From Eledone cirrhosa (lineage: Eukaryota), in contig OZ024741.1 in NCBI GenBank assembly GCA_964016885.1, positions 284,022,001 through 284,086,000 of the forward strand: a stretch of 64,000 bases of DNA, given 5' to 3'. Shown one piece after another: positions 37,328-51,948 of this stretch (positions are counted from its first letter, which is position 1; each line of letters begins with the position of its first letter). The translations under genes were made by a program, and so were the position numbers. The notes beneath the pieces are model-generated. The model worked only from the letters and a program-made list of their open reading frames with translations, was not told where the DNA came from and did not search any database.

Positions 37328-37835
37328 GCTGTACCTCAGACATTATCCATCATACCCTAAATAATAACAAAGAAAAAATGAAATGGAAAAAGTGAGTTCT
37401 GTGTTCCAATCCTGTTGTCAACTGATCTTTTATGTTTCACGGGTATACACAATAAAGTACTAGCTAAGTACTGGTGTCAATTAATATAATTGTTTATATC
37501 ATGGTATATGTTAACCCTTTCATGATTACAGTTCAGGTGAAATATGCTGTTTCAAATAATTAACAAAACTTTTTTGTGATTTACTAAAATGATTGATTAT
37601 TTCATTATTAATAACATAATTTAGTATGTGGTTCTTATATAAAACCATGTTGGAATATTTGAAGTTAAATAAGAAAGCTTTAAAATGTGTGGTTTTTATT
37701 TCATTGAGCCAGTGTTTTGCTTACTCTGGTATCAAAAGTTTTAAAGAAACTAACCTTCATTTTATTACAATCCATTCTTGGTGTAATATTAATTTTATTG
37801 AAATGCAATGTGCTGTTACTGCGATAGCAAATCAC

Positions 37836-37939
37836 TTGTTTATAAGGATGACCTGTATCTGGTATTAATGACTGTACTTCTTTATTACTAAATATGTTCA
37901 CAACTTTTGAGTCTTCTCCAGATATTACCAGCAGACATA
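37836..37939 (-). CDS. Host internal exon (V)CLLVISGEDSKVVNIFSNKEVQSLIPDTGHPYKQ (phase 1-0)
   Basis: Acceptor atatcttgtag|, donor AA|GTGATT (weak), open frame, phases fit both neighbours. Confidence 0.7.
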
Positions 37940-38014
37940 CTACAAGATATGTAAGTAAAATATTCTTGTAAAAAAAATACTTCAAATAAAAGGGAGACAA
38001 CAATTGACAAATAA

Positions 38015-38235
38015 CCCAATAAAGTTACCCCTATAAATTTGACCCTATAAAGTTAACCCTTTAAAGTTGACCACATAAATTTAACCCCATAAAGTTTACC
38101 ATATACAGTTGACCCTATAAAGTTAACCCCATAAAGTTGACACCCTAAAGTTGACCCTGTAAAGTTGCCCCTATAAAGTCGACTCCATAAAGTTAACCAT
38201 ATAAAGTTAACCCCATAATCTTACCCTTATAAAGC
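38015..38235. repeat. ~16-17-bp minisatellite (ATAAAGTTGACCCY-like)
   Basis: Recurrent aaagttRacc motif. Confidence 0.85.
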
Positions 38236-38423
38236 CTTTCTGATGCAGTGGCAGAGTTGTTAGAACATCATATAGAATGCCTTGCTGTATTTGTGCTTGC
38301 TGCTTAGAGTTTCTCATTATCGATCCTCAGATGACAAAGCTTAAATAGGCCTTTAGTGGTAGTCAGCTGTAGAGGGGTACTAAGTGGCAACTTGTAATAG
38401 AGCTTTGGGGAAAATTTAGAGGA

Positions 38424-38790
38424 ACAACAATAACAGAAATAACAATAACAACAGCAGCAACAACAATAATAACAGCAACATTAGAAACAACAATGACAAT
38501 AATAAAATCTACAACAACAAGGATAATAAGAACATCTGCATGAAGAATGAAAACAACAACAGCTTCATTATCAACAACAACAGCAATAACAACAACAGCA
38601 ACATTAACAATGACAATAGCAGCAGCAAAAACAATAATAACAACAGCAACAACTACAACAACAACAACAATACAACAAGAACAACATCAGCAACAACAAT
38701 AGCAACAAAACAATAGCAACAACAACAACAGCAGCAGCACAATAACAATACCAACAACAACAGCAGGACAGTAACAACAAGAACAGGAAG
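38424..38790. repeat. Degenerate (AAC/AGC)n trinucleotide tract
   Basis: Visible in sequence. Confidence 0.9.
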
Positions 38791-38845
38791 ATTGCAACAA
38801 AACCATATATAAAGTCCAAGATGTTAAAATGTTGCTGTGATTTAC

Positions 38846-38941
38846 CTGCCCTTATATCTTTAATTTGTTGAAAGTCAATTCTTGAACAAGTCTCACTCCG
38901 TAAACAGTCTCGTAGAAGATTGTTTCCAAATTTATGGCTTC
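38846..38941 (-). CDS. Host internal exon (G)SHKFGNNLLRDCLRSETCSRIDFQQIKDIRA (phase 1-1)
   Basis: Acceptor aatcaacag|, donor CAG|GTAAAT, 96 nt, open in the required phase. Confidence 0.78.
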
Positions 38942-39259
38942 CTGTTGATTATAGTATATTTACAGGGTTTATCAAACAGAATCGTTCAATTCCAGAAGGG
39001 TATATTTTTTAAACAAATATAGCCTTTTGAAATAGGATGATTCGTTTTGATAAACCCTGTATATAATTATATATATATATAGGGTATAGGGGGCAAAGGT
39101 TAGAAGTAGTACTTTTGTTGTTCGGCTGCTGCACCTTATTATTAAGGTGGACGGGCAACACTGGTCTTCACCCATCCCTATTAACTCGCTTCAGGATGGG
39201 TGTGATAAGTTGGCAACTGAATCAAAGAATACTATCAGGCTATCATTGGAAAAAGTAAC

Positions 39260-42135
39260 AACAGGAACCTGGAACGTCTGCACCCTATATGCTGCCGGAA
39301 GAATGCAAGAACTCGTTATCGGGGGACACCACCGTTGGGATGTCCGAGGTCAGATGGGTTGGTTTTGGTGAAACAACATAACATGGACACAAGATCTGAT
39401 TTTATGGAGAGGAAAAGAAGTACCAGCATGGGGTGGCATTTATTGTAAGGAAAGAAATTACAAGCTGTGTCATCAGCTATACTCTCATCTCCAGCAGACT
39501 CATTTCCATCTGCGTTCAGCCAAACCATACAACATGACCGTCATCCAGGTTTATGCTCCAACATCAGATCATGATGATGAGGAAGTTGAAGAATTCTATG
39601 AACTACTAGAATCTACCCTAAAAAAGGTCCCCAAGAAAGACATCACCATCATACAAGGGAATTGGAATACCAAAGAAGGCCTGGATGCATATGTGAACTG
39701 GGCAGGAACAGTTGGAAGATTTTGCTTAAGAGAGACCAACAATAGAGGTCTTAGACTGCTTGAATTTACCAGAAGTCATCGCTTCACCTTGGCCAACACT
39801 CTCCACCAACATAAGCCATCTCGCACTACAACCTGACACTCACCTAACGGGAAGATCCATAACCAGATTGACTTCCTTCTGGTTCCGCAATGCTATAAAT
39901 CCAGCATTTTCAAGGCAAACACAAGCACATTTCCTGGTGCAGACATTGGCAGCGATCATGATCTTGTAATGACAACCTTTAAATTAAAGCTGAAAATCAA
40001 GCATTGTCCAAAAAAACTAAAATACCCTGAAGTGGCTCAATTGTTCCAGACCCAAGCTGGCAAGTTCACAGCCTTCAACCTACTTAACAGTGACGTAGAT
40101 ACTTTTACAGATTGCATCAAAGAAGTATTACTCACAACAGCTGAAACATTTTTGAGCAAACAACAAAGGAAAATCCAACCATGGGTCACAAACTAAGTCC
40201 TGGATTTATGTGACAAGAGGAGAGAACTAAGGGGAAAGAAACACTCAAGTGCCAAAGCCCATGCACAATATCAGGAAGTGTACAATGAAGTACGGAAGAG
40301 AATGTGGGCAGCTAAAGAGGAGTGGATACAGTAACAGTGCAAAGCCATTGAGAAGGATAGGCATACTGGCAATAGCAAACAGGCCAACAATACTCTTAAA
40401 TCTCTCACTAAGATCAGCTAGTCAAGGGCAACGGTCATAGAGGACAAGAATGATGAGCTGCTGATGAACAGTGAAGAGGTCCTCCATAAATGGACTCAAT
40501 ACTGTGATGGTTTGTACAATTACCAGCTCCACCCAGATACTGCAAACTGACTAGCACTCCACAGCAGATGAAGCCAGTCCATCACTACTGAAGGAGGAGG
40601 TTGAAGCAGCAGTATAGAGTTTGAAACCTAGCAAGTCACCCAGAGTGGATAATATTCCCTCTGAGCTGATAAATAATGGAGGTGAAGAAACCATCAAAGC
40701 CCTAACAGCATTATGCCAGTAGATTTGGGAACAAAAAAAGTGGCCTAACGAGTGGACTCAGTCACTGATAATACCAAAAGAAGGTTAGTCTCAGGCAGTG
40801 TCAAAATTATAGGACAATAGCCTGATCAGTCATCCTAGTAATATCCTGTTCCACATCATCTTGACCCATCTGAAATCCAAGGCCAAAGAATTGTTGTCAG
40901 AAGAACAAGCAGGTTTTAGAGCCAGACAAAGTACAATGGAACAAGTCTTCAATTGTAGGATCCTCATAGAGAAACACCTACAACATTAGAAAGACGTGTT
41001 CCACAACTTCATTGATTTCAAGAAGGCGCTTCATCGTATATGGCATGACAGTCTTTGGTATATCCTCAGGGAATTCAATGTAGCAAACTAGAATTATCCA
41101 AGTCATCCAGGCCTTTTATAAAGATGTCCCCAGCACAGTTCTTTTGGAAAAACAAGTGGGAAACTTCTTTCAGACAACTGTTGGTGTGAAACAGGGATGC
41201 GTACTTTCACCCACGTTGTTCAACCTGTTTTTAGAATGAATCATGCAAGAAACCCTCAACAACCATGATACCTCAATCTCTGTCAGTGGTAGACCCATCT
41301 TTAATCTATGTTTTGCAGATTATATTGACGCCATAGCAGGCAGTAACAATGAGTTCCAAGACTTGATCAACAAACTTGTTGAAAAAGCAGAAACATATGG
41401 AATGGAGGTCAACTCTGAGAAATCCATTGTAATGGTGAATAGATAGCACAAGTAGCACCTGTGTCAGCATTACCATGAATGGACATTCTTTGGAGGAAGT
41501 ATCCAGTTTCAATACTTAGGAGTAGTCTTGTCAAAAGATGGTACCTGCAGTGCAGAAATCCACACGCAGATTGCTGCAGCTATGGCAGTGATGGCCAAAT
41601 TGGCAAGAATATGGAGGAGCAAAATCAGTTTTCAGACCAAGTACAGATTGTACAAATCGCTAGTAGTCTCCATCCTCCTAAATGGACTTGAACCCCTTGG
41701 CAGAAACAGAGAGAAGAATCCAGGCATTTGAGGACAAATCATGAGAAAACTCCTTCGTATTTCCTATTAGAAAGATAAAACCAATGAATATTTGCTAAGT
41801 AAGGTTAAACGTTTTGTGTGTCACCAGGAACCTCTCCTCACCACTGTCAAGAGAAGAAGAGGAGGAAACTGGCATGGTTTGGCCACATGACATGACATGA
41901 CAGCCTGTGCAAGACCATCCATCATGCAAGGCAGCATTGAATGTGGATGCAGGAGGGGACGCCAACACAAAAACTGGTTAGACAATGTCAAAGAATGGAA
42001 GCAAATGACGACACTAGATTTGTTGACAGCTGCCGTTGATAGACTAGTTTGAGTGTGTGCTGCTTCTGCAGTAGGATCCCCCCCCCCCCCCCCGACGACT
42101 ACAGAAGTCAAGGGACTGATGAAGATGATGATGAT
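39260..42135 (+). mobile_element. Old, heavily decayed, near full-length RTE (BovB-like) LINE
   Basis: GTWNVCTL, VIQVYAPTSDHDDEEVEEFYE, GSDHDL, GVKQGCVLSP, CFADYID, and a (GAT)n tail. Confidence 0.88.
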
Positions 42136-42900
42136 ATGTATGTAAAAGGTAAACAGAAATAACAACACAAATGCTACAGTATATGGAAGAGATATATTAG
42201 ATTAATGATTGAAATAGCAGGCAGGGGGTCTTAAAGTTTCAGACACTAGCCCTTCATCAGAAAGATTGAGGGGCTGGGCATGGTGGAATCGGAAAATCTT
42301 TTTAGAGAAAAATAACAGGTTCATTCATGTTGCCACCTCTTGGAAAATTGTTGATGCTGGCGTTTTGTGTATGATATACTTTTTATAAAAGTGTATATAT
42401 ATAGTGATTTGGGGCACCCTGCAAGACAAAAAACAAAACTTGACAAAGGGCAGGAGAACTCATAAGAGTCAACGGCCATCCAAAAATGTGTAAATATGTA
42501 TGTACATGTGTATATATATGTATGTATATATGTGTATGCATATGTATGTATATGCGCGTGGACATAGAAGTAATCGGGCTGGATACCTAATCATGCGGTT
42601 GAACAACTGGGAGTGAAGGAGCCCTAGCCTTTGTCAGAGCATTCTTCTAGGAGAAAGCAACTCAGGAAACTGGGATAACTCCGATATAAAACCTGCAGCT
42701 CAGTAGTTACCGATGATGTTGATCTGTTCTTCTCTTCGGGTTATAACTACTGTCACTCAGAGAGTGAAATTGGCTCAGTGTACAGTCTTTCTTCACTTAA
42801 AAAAAAATCGTCGCGCTCAGGCATTGCACGTTAGCATTAATTGATAATTATTAATAATGTTATATAATGCAATGGCCATACTCGATAACGAGGGGGCAGG

Positions 42901-42949
<49 letters not shown>

Positions 42950-43033
42950 AAAGTTCTATTTAAATTGTTGGGATACAACAAGCAAATATTTTTATAACTG
43001 ATATAAAGCACTCAACAAATATTTGGAGTAAAA

Positions 43034-43562
43034 ATACGATATTAACAAATGGAAACTATACTTATAAAACCATATTTATTTCATTATACATATTTCAAGG
43101 ACACCAAGTTAAATTATGGTGTGCTTTCATCAGACAAACTATAATATAGATCAGTTTTATAAATAAATATTGATATACCCTTAAAAAATGCAACCATTTC
43201 TGTTGGAAGCTCCCGGGAGCTTCCAACAGTAATGGTTGCAATTTTTAAGGGTATCATCATCATCATCATCATCATCGTTTAACGTCCATGTTCCACGCTT
43301 GCATGGGTTTGGACGGGAGTTTTCCCCACTTGAGGCAAGAGTGGTTGTCTTGCTCGCATAGGACTGTCTGGCGGGTTTTCTACAGTTGGATGCCCTTCCT
43401 AACACCAACCACATTTACAGTGTCAATATTTATTTATAAAACTGATCTATATTATAGTTTGTCTGATGAAAGCACACCATAATTTAACTTGGTGTCCTTG
43501 AAATATGTATAATGAAATAAATATGGTTTTATAAGTATAGTTTCCATTTGTTAATATCGTAT
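43034..43562. repeat. 140-bp inverted repeat (43034-43173/43423-43562) enclosing an RTE 3' tail
   Basis: Arms are reverse complements by eye. They carry a CTGATGA...GAAA hammerhead-like core at 43463-43503. Confidence 0.9.
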
Positions 43563-43568
43563 ATATAT

Positions 43569-44731
43569 ATATTCATTAGTTAAGCAAAACAAGACCACAA
43601 ATTTCAACACCTCCCCCATCTAATCCTTCTAGCACTGACCTACCGCTTAGGTTAAACTATCCTACTCTCACTAACCGCAGAAGCAACTGCAACTGCCGTT
43701 ACCCTAATGCATGCCCATTAAATGGACACTGCCTGACACCCAACATAGTCTATAGGTGCACGGTTAAAACTGCTTCGAATACCAACTCTTATATCGGGTC
43801 TACCTCTAACCCTTTTAAGGTACGCTATAACGCACACTCTTTTTCCATCCGAGACCCTAGCAAAAGATGTTCGACATTGCTAGCTAGGCTCATTAAAAAC
43901 CTTAAATTAAGCAACGTTCAACACTCACTAAAATGGGATATCGTGGTTAGGGCCCAACCGTTCAATGGATGAAGAAAATCTTGTGATCTCTGTATTACAG
44001 AAGCATATTACATAACTATATCACGACCTCTACCGATTAACGATAGAACGGAGGTAACTATTAGCTGTCAACATCGAAGGGCTAATTCCTTCGCCAATAG
44101 AATATTTGACCCAACTTAGTCATCTAGCCCCATTTTTACTTGTAGCTAATAAGTTAAATAGCTATGACTAACTTAGATAATTATAAGTTACCTCCCCTAC
44201 ATTGTCTCTTAATTAAAAAATTTAAAAATTATTAAAAATTTCTAATCTCTCGAGGAGTTACTTCCCCTGAAACCACCCTCTAATTAGTAAGGTAAATATG
44301 TCCATTAGTGGCCATCTTGTTACCCATAGACAGATCTCACACAATGCAGCCTCGACAGATGAATACTGCTTGATTATGGCTGACAACTAATGCAACCAGG
44401 ACACCATAGTGAAAAACCAATATATGGAACATTATATTATGTAACATTCTCTCATTATTTTAATTTATATTCGTTTGAAGTTCCCATGAGCCGCTCTGTT
44501 TTTTAAATATGTTAATTATTTTCAACTGAACCAGATCAATTATGATATATAGTCATCTGATCCAGAAATATTATATGGAGTAGCGAAACAATTGTAAACG
44601 GACATTATTATTATTAATATTATTATTATTATTCTCTATATTCCTTTCATCAAACTAAAATATGTTGACAATCTTTTAATAATGTCTTCCTTGTGAAATT
44701 TGTGGTCTTGTTTTGCTTAACTAATGAATAT
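43569..44731 (+). mobile_element. Penelope-like element 3' fragment (GIY-YIG endonuclease) bracketed by 38-bp inverted repeats
   Basis: 43682-44118 reads CNCRYPNACPLNGHCLTPNIVYRC...YIGST...FKVRY...KWDIV...CDLCITE...ISCQH with one internal TGA. Decayed hammerhead at ~44552-44603. Inverted repeats 43569-43606/44694-44731. Confidence 0.85.
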
Positions 44732-44895
44732 TTCCAGCTCTGCGCACCTAACTTCTGCATGAACCCAGCCACATAGCTGGTTTCTACTGCATATTGCACA
44801 TTGAGCACATGCCTTTATGCTTTGGCTTCTAACTAATTCACCAATCTCTCCTCTCATATCTCCATCTCTCTCTTTAAGATTGGTTACTCTTGAAC

Positions 44896-44930
<35 letters not shown>

Positions 44931-45109
44931 GATTTTGAGTTTATGTTGGTTGTATACCAACACCTCAGTTATTTCAATGAGGAACTGGAGTCATATGACT
45001 CCAGTTCCTCAGTGAAATAACAACCCAACAAAGAACTGGGCATATCAGAGTATTGACAATATTATACACCTCAACAACATATGTACTTGTCTATACCATA
45101 CTAATTCAA

Positions 45110-45164
45110 ACTGCCTGAAGAGGTCACAGCCAAAGATGGCTGTCACTGAAATATATATAGCAGT
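45110..45164 (+). ncRNA. Minimal type I hammerhead ribozyme
   Basis: actgc-CTGAAGA-ggtcacagcca(aaga)tggctgtcact-GAAA-tatata-TA-gcagt, followed immediately by AATAAA. Confidence 0.82.
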
Positions 45165-45366
45165 AATAAACAAAGCTAAATTTTAATCATTTGACTTTTA
45201 TTTAACTTTATTTTATATATAATATATATATATATAATATATATAATATATAATATATATATATATATAATATATATATATATATAATATATATATATAA
45301 TATATATATATATAATATATATATATATATAATATATATATATGTGTACTACTAATATATATATAT

Positions 45367-46582
45367 AAGTGTACTTCGCAAGAAGGGAAGCAGAGGAAAG
45401 AAAGTTCAAGCATGTTCTACAACGCGAGGACCAAAAACGTGAGGTGTTCAGGATTGCTAGGCAATGTGGAAAGAAAAACCGTGATATTGTCGGGGAGAAG
45501 TGTGTACTTAATGATGACGGCGTACTTGCCATCACCGACGCTGATAAGAAGGTAGCTTGGAAGTGTCACTATGAAAGGCTACTAAACGAGGAGAATAAAT
45601 GGGAGAAAGACAGTCTCCCCCACAACGACCCAATAGAAGGACCAGCAGTGTTAGTCGAGGGTAGTATAATAAGTAAGGCAATCAAGGATATGAAGACGGG
45701 TAGGGCGGCTGGGCCTTCGGAAATAGTTGCTGAGATGCTGAAGGCATCTGGTACGGTGGGACACACCATGGTCACCCGGATAGTTAACCAAGTCGTACAG
45801 AATGGGGTTGTTCCGAAGGACTGGCGTAGCAGCATCATCGTTAACTGTTATAAGGGTAAAGGAGATGCCCTAGATAGGAGTAACTATAGAGGCATTAAAT
45901 TAATCGACCAGGTCATGAAGGTCACGGAAAAATTAATAGCGCAACTAATCAGAGAGAGAATTGATCTAAATGAAATGCAGTTCGGGTTTGTGTCAGGCAA
46001 AAGTACCACAGACGCTCTTTTCATTGTACGACAACTACAGGAGAAGTACCTAGCTAAAAGTAAACCCCTATACTTAGCTTTTGTCGACTTGGAGAAAGCC
46101 TTCGACAGAGTCCCCCGTTCCATTATCTGGTGGGCTCTTAGAAAACTAGGTGTTGACGAATGGCTTGTGAGAGCTATACAAGCCATCTATAAAGAAACAG
46201 TCAGCAAGGTTAGAATTAACAACGAATATAGTGAAGAGTTTAGCGTAAAAGTTGGCGTCCAACAGGGCTCTATTCTCAGCCCCCTACTATTTATTATTGC
46301 CCTTCAGGCTATAACAGAGGAGTTCAAGACCGGCTGCCCATGGGAACTCCTATACACAGATGACCTAACACTCATAGCTGAATCAATGGCCGAGCTAGAG
46401 AAGAAATTCCAAACATGGAAGCACGGCCTAGAATCAAAAGGCCTTAAAATTAACCTGGCTAAGACCAAAGTTCTAGTTTGTAGGAAAGAAAATAAGGCGG
46501 CGGTCCCTTCCGAGAAGTGGCCATGCTCAATGTGAAGGAAAGGCGTAGGTAGAAACTCCATTTTGTGTCCCAAATGCAAAGT
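45367..46582 (+). mobile_element. RTE family A, 5'-truncated copy, RT part (left of nested insertion)
   Basis: ORF 45369-46535 is nearly identical to 11866-12980. It starts in a (TA)n tract. Confidence 0.95.
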
Positions 46583-47883
46583 CATCATCATCATCATCAT
46601 CACCGTTTTACGTCCGTTCTTCCACGCTAGCATGGGTTAGACGGGTTGTCCTGTTGTGGGCAGTGTCTGGTCGGCTGACCATGCCTTGCTCATACAGGAA
46701 CTGATCTGGCTTGATTTCTACAGCTGGATGCCCTTCCTAACACCAACCTCATTTACAGTGAGTGCTGGGTGCTTTTTCGTGGCGCCTACACGTCCACTTT
46801 ACAGTGTGGGCTGGGTGCTTTTTTGCCGTGGCACCTCCACGACCACCTTGCGGTGGGGGGGGGGGGGGGGGCATATTGTTTATATGCTTCAGCATGTACC
46901 CATGGGAGGTCGGGTACCCTGTATTACTGCGTGACGCCAGAAGTCACGGTCGTGTGTCATTGACTTTGAGAGGTGTAGTTGGGTAAGGTCGGCTTTTATC
47001 ACCTCATCCCAAGTCATCTTGGGTCTCCCCACTCCGCGGTTTCCATCAACTTCTAGTGCTCTGCACCTTTTTATGCAGCTGTCATCCTTCATACGCATCA
47101 CATGTCCATACCAGCGTAACCGCCTCTCCTGCACGCAGCATTTGATTCCTCTTATGCTCAGTCTCTCTCTCAATTCATTTATGCTTTGTCGTTCACGTAT
47201 ATTACTGTTACACATCCATCGGAGCATGCAGGCTTCGTTTCTCTCTAATCTACGTAAGTCTTCCACCTTCAGCGCCCAGGTCTCACTACCATGCAACATC
47301 GCTGTTCGGATACACGCATCATACAGTCTGCCTTTCATTCTGAGGGAGAAGCCTTTTGCAGCTAGCAGTGGTAGTAGTTCCCTAAACTTCTTCCATCCCG
47401 TTCTTACCCTAGTTATTGTACTTTCTGAGCACCCACCTCCGTTGCTAATTCGGTCACCTAGGTAGCAGAAGCTGTCTACTGTTTCTACAGGGCCCTCCCA
47501 GAGATTGGTGGTACTTGTTTCCTGTGGCTGTTTGCTTGCTGTTTCAGCACAGCTGCTGCATGTGAATCCTACATTCTTAATTAAGCTTCCTGAGATCCCG
47601 CTACATCTCTTGTGTACCCATTGTTTGCATTTGGGGCAAAGAATGGAGTTCCTACCTACACCTTTCCTACATACTGAGCAAGGCCATTTCCCTGAGGGGA
47701 TCTGGGTTCTGTTTTCTCGTCTACTTATAAGGACCTTAGTCTTTGTCATGTTGACTTTGAGGCCCTTTCTCTCTAGTCCCTGCTTCCAGGTTTGGAATTT
47801 ATTCTCTAGTTCTACCATAGATTCAGCTATGAGTGCGAGGTCATCAGCATACAGGAGTTCCCATGGGCATCCGGTCTTAAACC
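46583..47883 (-). mobile_element. RTE family B 3' fragment inserted antisense into family A
   Basis: ORF 46889-47899 (LLYADD..RLRWYGHV), (GAT)n tail, and 6-bp TSD CAAAGT at 46577-46582/47884-47889. Confidence 0.93.
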
Positions 47884-49088
47884 CAAAGTATGGGTGCATA
47901 AAAGATGTAGTGGGATCACAGGTAAGCTAACTAAGAACATAGATTTTACATGTGGCTGGTGCTCTGGTGCAAAAAGTAGCAGCAAGTGCCCACAAAATAC
48001 TAGCTCTTTCAACTGCGCAGAGGGCTCCATAGAAATAGTGGACAGCTTCCGTTACCTGGGTGACAAAATCAGCAGTGGGGGAGGGTGCTCTGAAAGTACA
48101 GTAGCTAGAGTCAGAACTGGATGGAAAAAGTTCAGAGAGCTTATACCACTATTAGCCGCTAAAGGGTTCTCCCTAAAAATGAAAGGCAGGTTGTATGATG
48201 CCTGCATACGAACAGCAATGTTGCATGGGAGTGAGACCTGGGCATTGTGTGCAGAGGATATACGCAGACTAGAGAGGAACGAAGCTTGCATGCTCCGCTG
48301 GATGTGTAATAGTAATATACATGAACGGCAAAGCATAAACGAACTAAGGAAAAAATTAGAAATAAGAGGGATCAGATGTTGTTTACTCGAGAGAAGGCTA
48401 CGTTGGTATGGTCACGTGATGCGCATGAAAGACGATAGCTGTATAACAAAGTGCAGGGCAATAAAGATAGACGGTAGCCACGGAATAGGCAGACCCAGAA
48501 AAACCTGGGACGGGCTGATAAATTCCGACCTCACACACTTACACCTCTCCAAGACAATGTCACTGGACCGAGACCTTTGGCGGTACTCAGTAATACAAAG
48601 TAAAACCTACTACAGTCAGTAGGCATCTCTAACAAAATACACCCCCGTCCCACCACCCCCACCTCATCCACACCGCCCCTTTCAATGTAAAGTTATGTTG
48701 GTGCCACAACATCCAGACCGAAACAAATGAGATCGTGTAGGTGTCACGACAAAAAAACACACAGTCCACGCTGTAATGTGGCCATGTAGGCAACACAGTA
48801 AAAACCTCCCAGCCCCACACTGTAAATGTGGTTGGTGTTAAGAAGGGCATCCAGCTGTAGAAAACCCGCCAGACAGTCCACGCTGTAATGTGGCCGTGTA
48901 GGCAACACGGTAAAAACCTCCCAGCCCCACACTGTAAATGTGGTTGGTGTTAGGAAGGACATCCAACTGTAGAAAACCCGCCAGACAGTCCTATGCGAGC
49001 AAGACAATCACTCTTGCCTCAAGTGGGAAAACCCCCGTCCAAACCCATGCAAGCGTGGAACACGGACGTTAAACGTTGATGATGATGA
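47884..49088 (+). mobile_element. RTE family A, C-terminal part and 3' UTR (right of nested insertion)
   Basis: Resumes CPKCK|VWVHKRC. ORF 47894-48622. ~110-bp tandem duplication in the 3' UTR. Confidence 0.93.
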
Positions 49089-49207
49089 TATATAATATAT
49101 ATAATATATAATATATATAATATATATATATATATAATATATATATAATATATATATATATATATTATATATATATTATATATATATTATATAATATATA
49201 TATATAT

Positions 49208-49540
49208 AAGGCACATGGCTTAGTGATTAGAGCATTGGCCTTGCAATCGAAAGGTTGTGAGTTCAATTCTCAGACCGGGTGATCTGTTGTTTCCTTGAGC
49301 AAGACACTTTATTTCACATTGCTGCAGTTTACTCAGCTGTAGAAATGAGATGATAGGGACTGGGGTCCCTATCATTCCACTGCAAAGTGGTCGTGGAGGT
49401 GCCACGGCAAAAAAGCACCCAGCACTCACTGTAAATGAGGTTGGTGTTAGGAAGGGGATCCAGCTGTAGAAATCAAGCCAGAATCAGTTCCCATCCCACC
49501 CTTGCAAGCAGGGAAAAGCGGACGTAAAATGATGATGATT
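49208..49540 (+). mobile_element. tRNA-head CORE-type SINE with an RTE-derived 3' tail
   Basis: A/B-box-like tggcttagtgatt and gagttcaattc, CORE-like ccttgagcaagacacttt, and tail gttggtgttaggaagg..atccagctgtagaaa..ggacgtaaaatgatgatgat shared with RTEs. Confidence 0.8.
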
Positions 49541-49548
49541 ATATATAT

Positions 49549-51948
<2,400 letters not shown>

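Noticed and set aside
42225-42270. Minus-strand CTGATGA...GAAA hammerhead candidate (a similar one lies at ~38305-38328)
   Set aside because: Stems I and III do not pair convincingly.
42575-42810. RTE 5' UTR or HDV-like ribozyme
   Set aside because: It vaguely resembles RTE leaders, but I could not build the nested double pseudoknot.
43965-43975. In-frame TGA in the PLE endonuclease as selenocysteine
   Set aside because: It is not at a conserved Cys position (NG*RKSC) and I recognised no SECIS. A nonsense mutation is simpler.
49208-49280. tRNA gene
   Set aside because: It has A/B boxes but no intact cloverleaf and continues into a SINE body.
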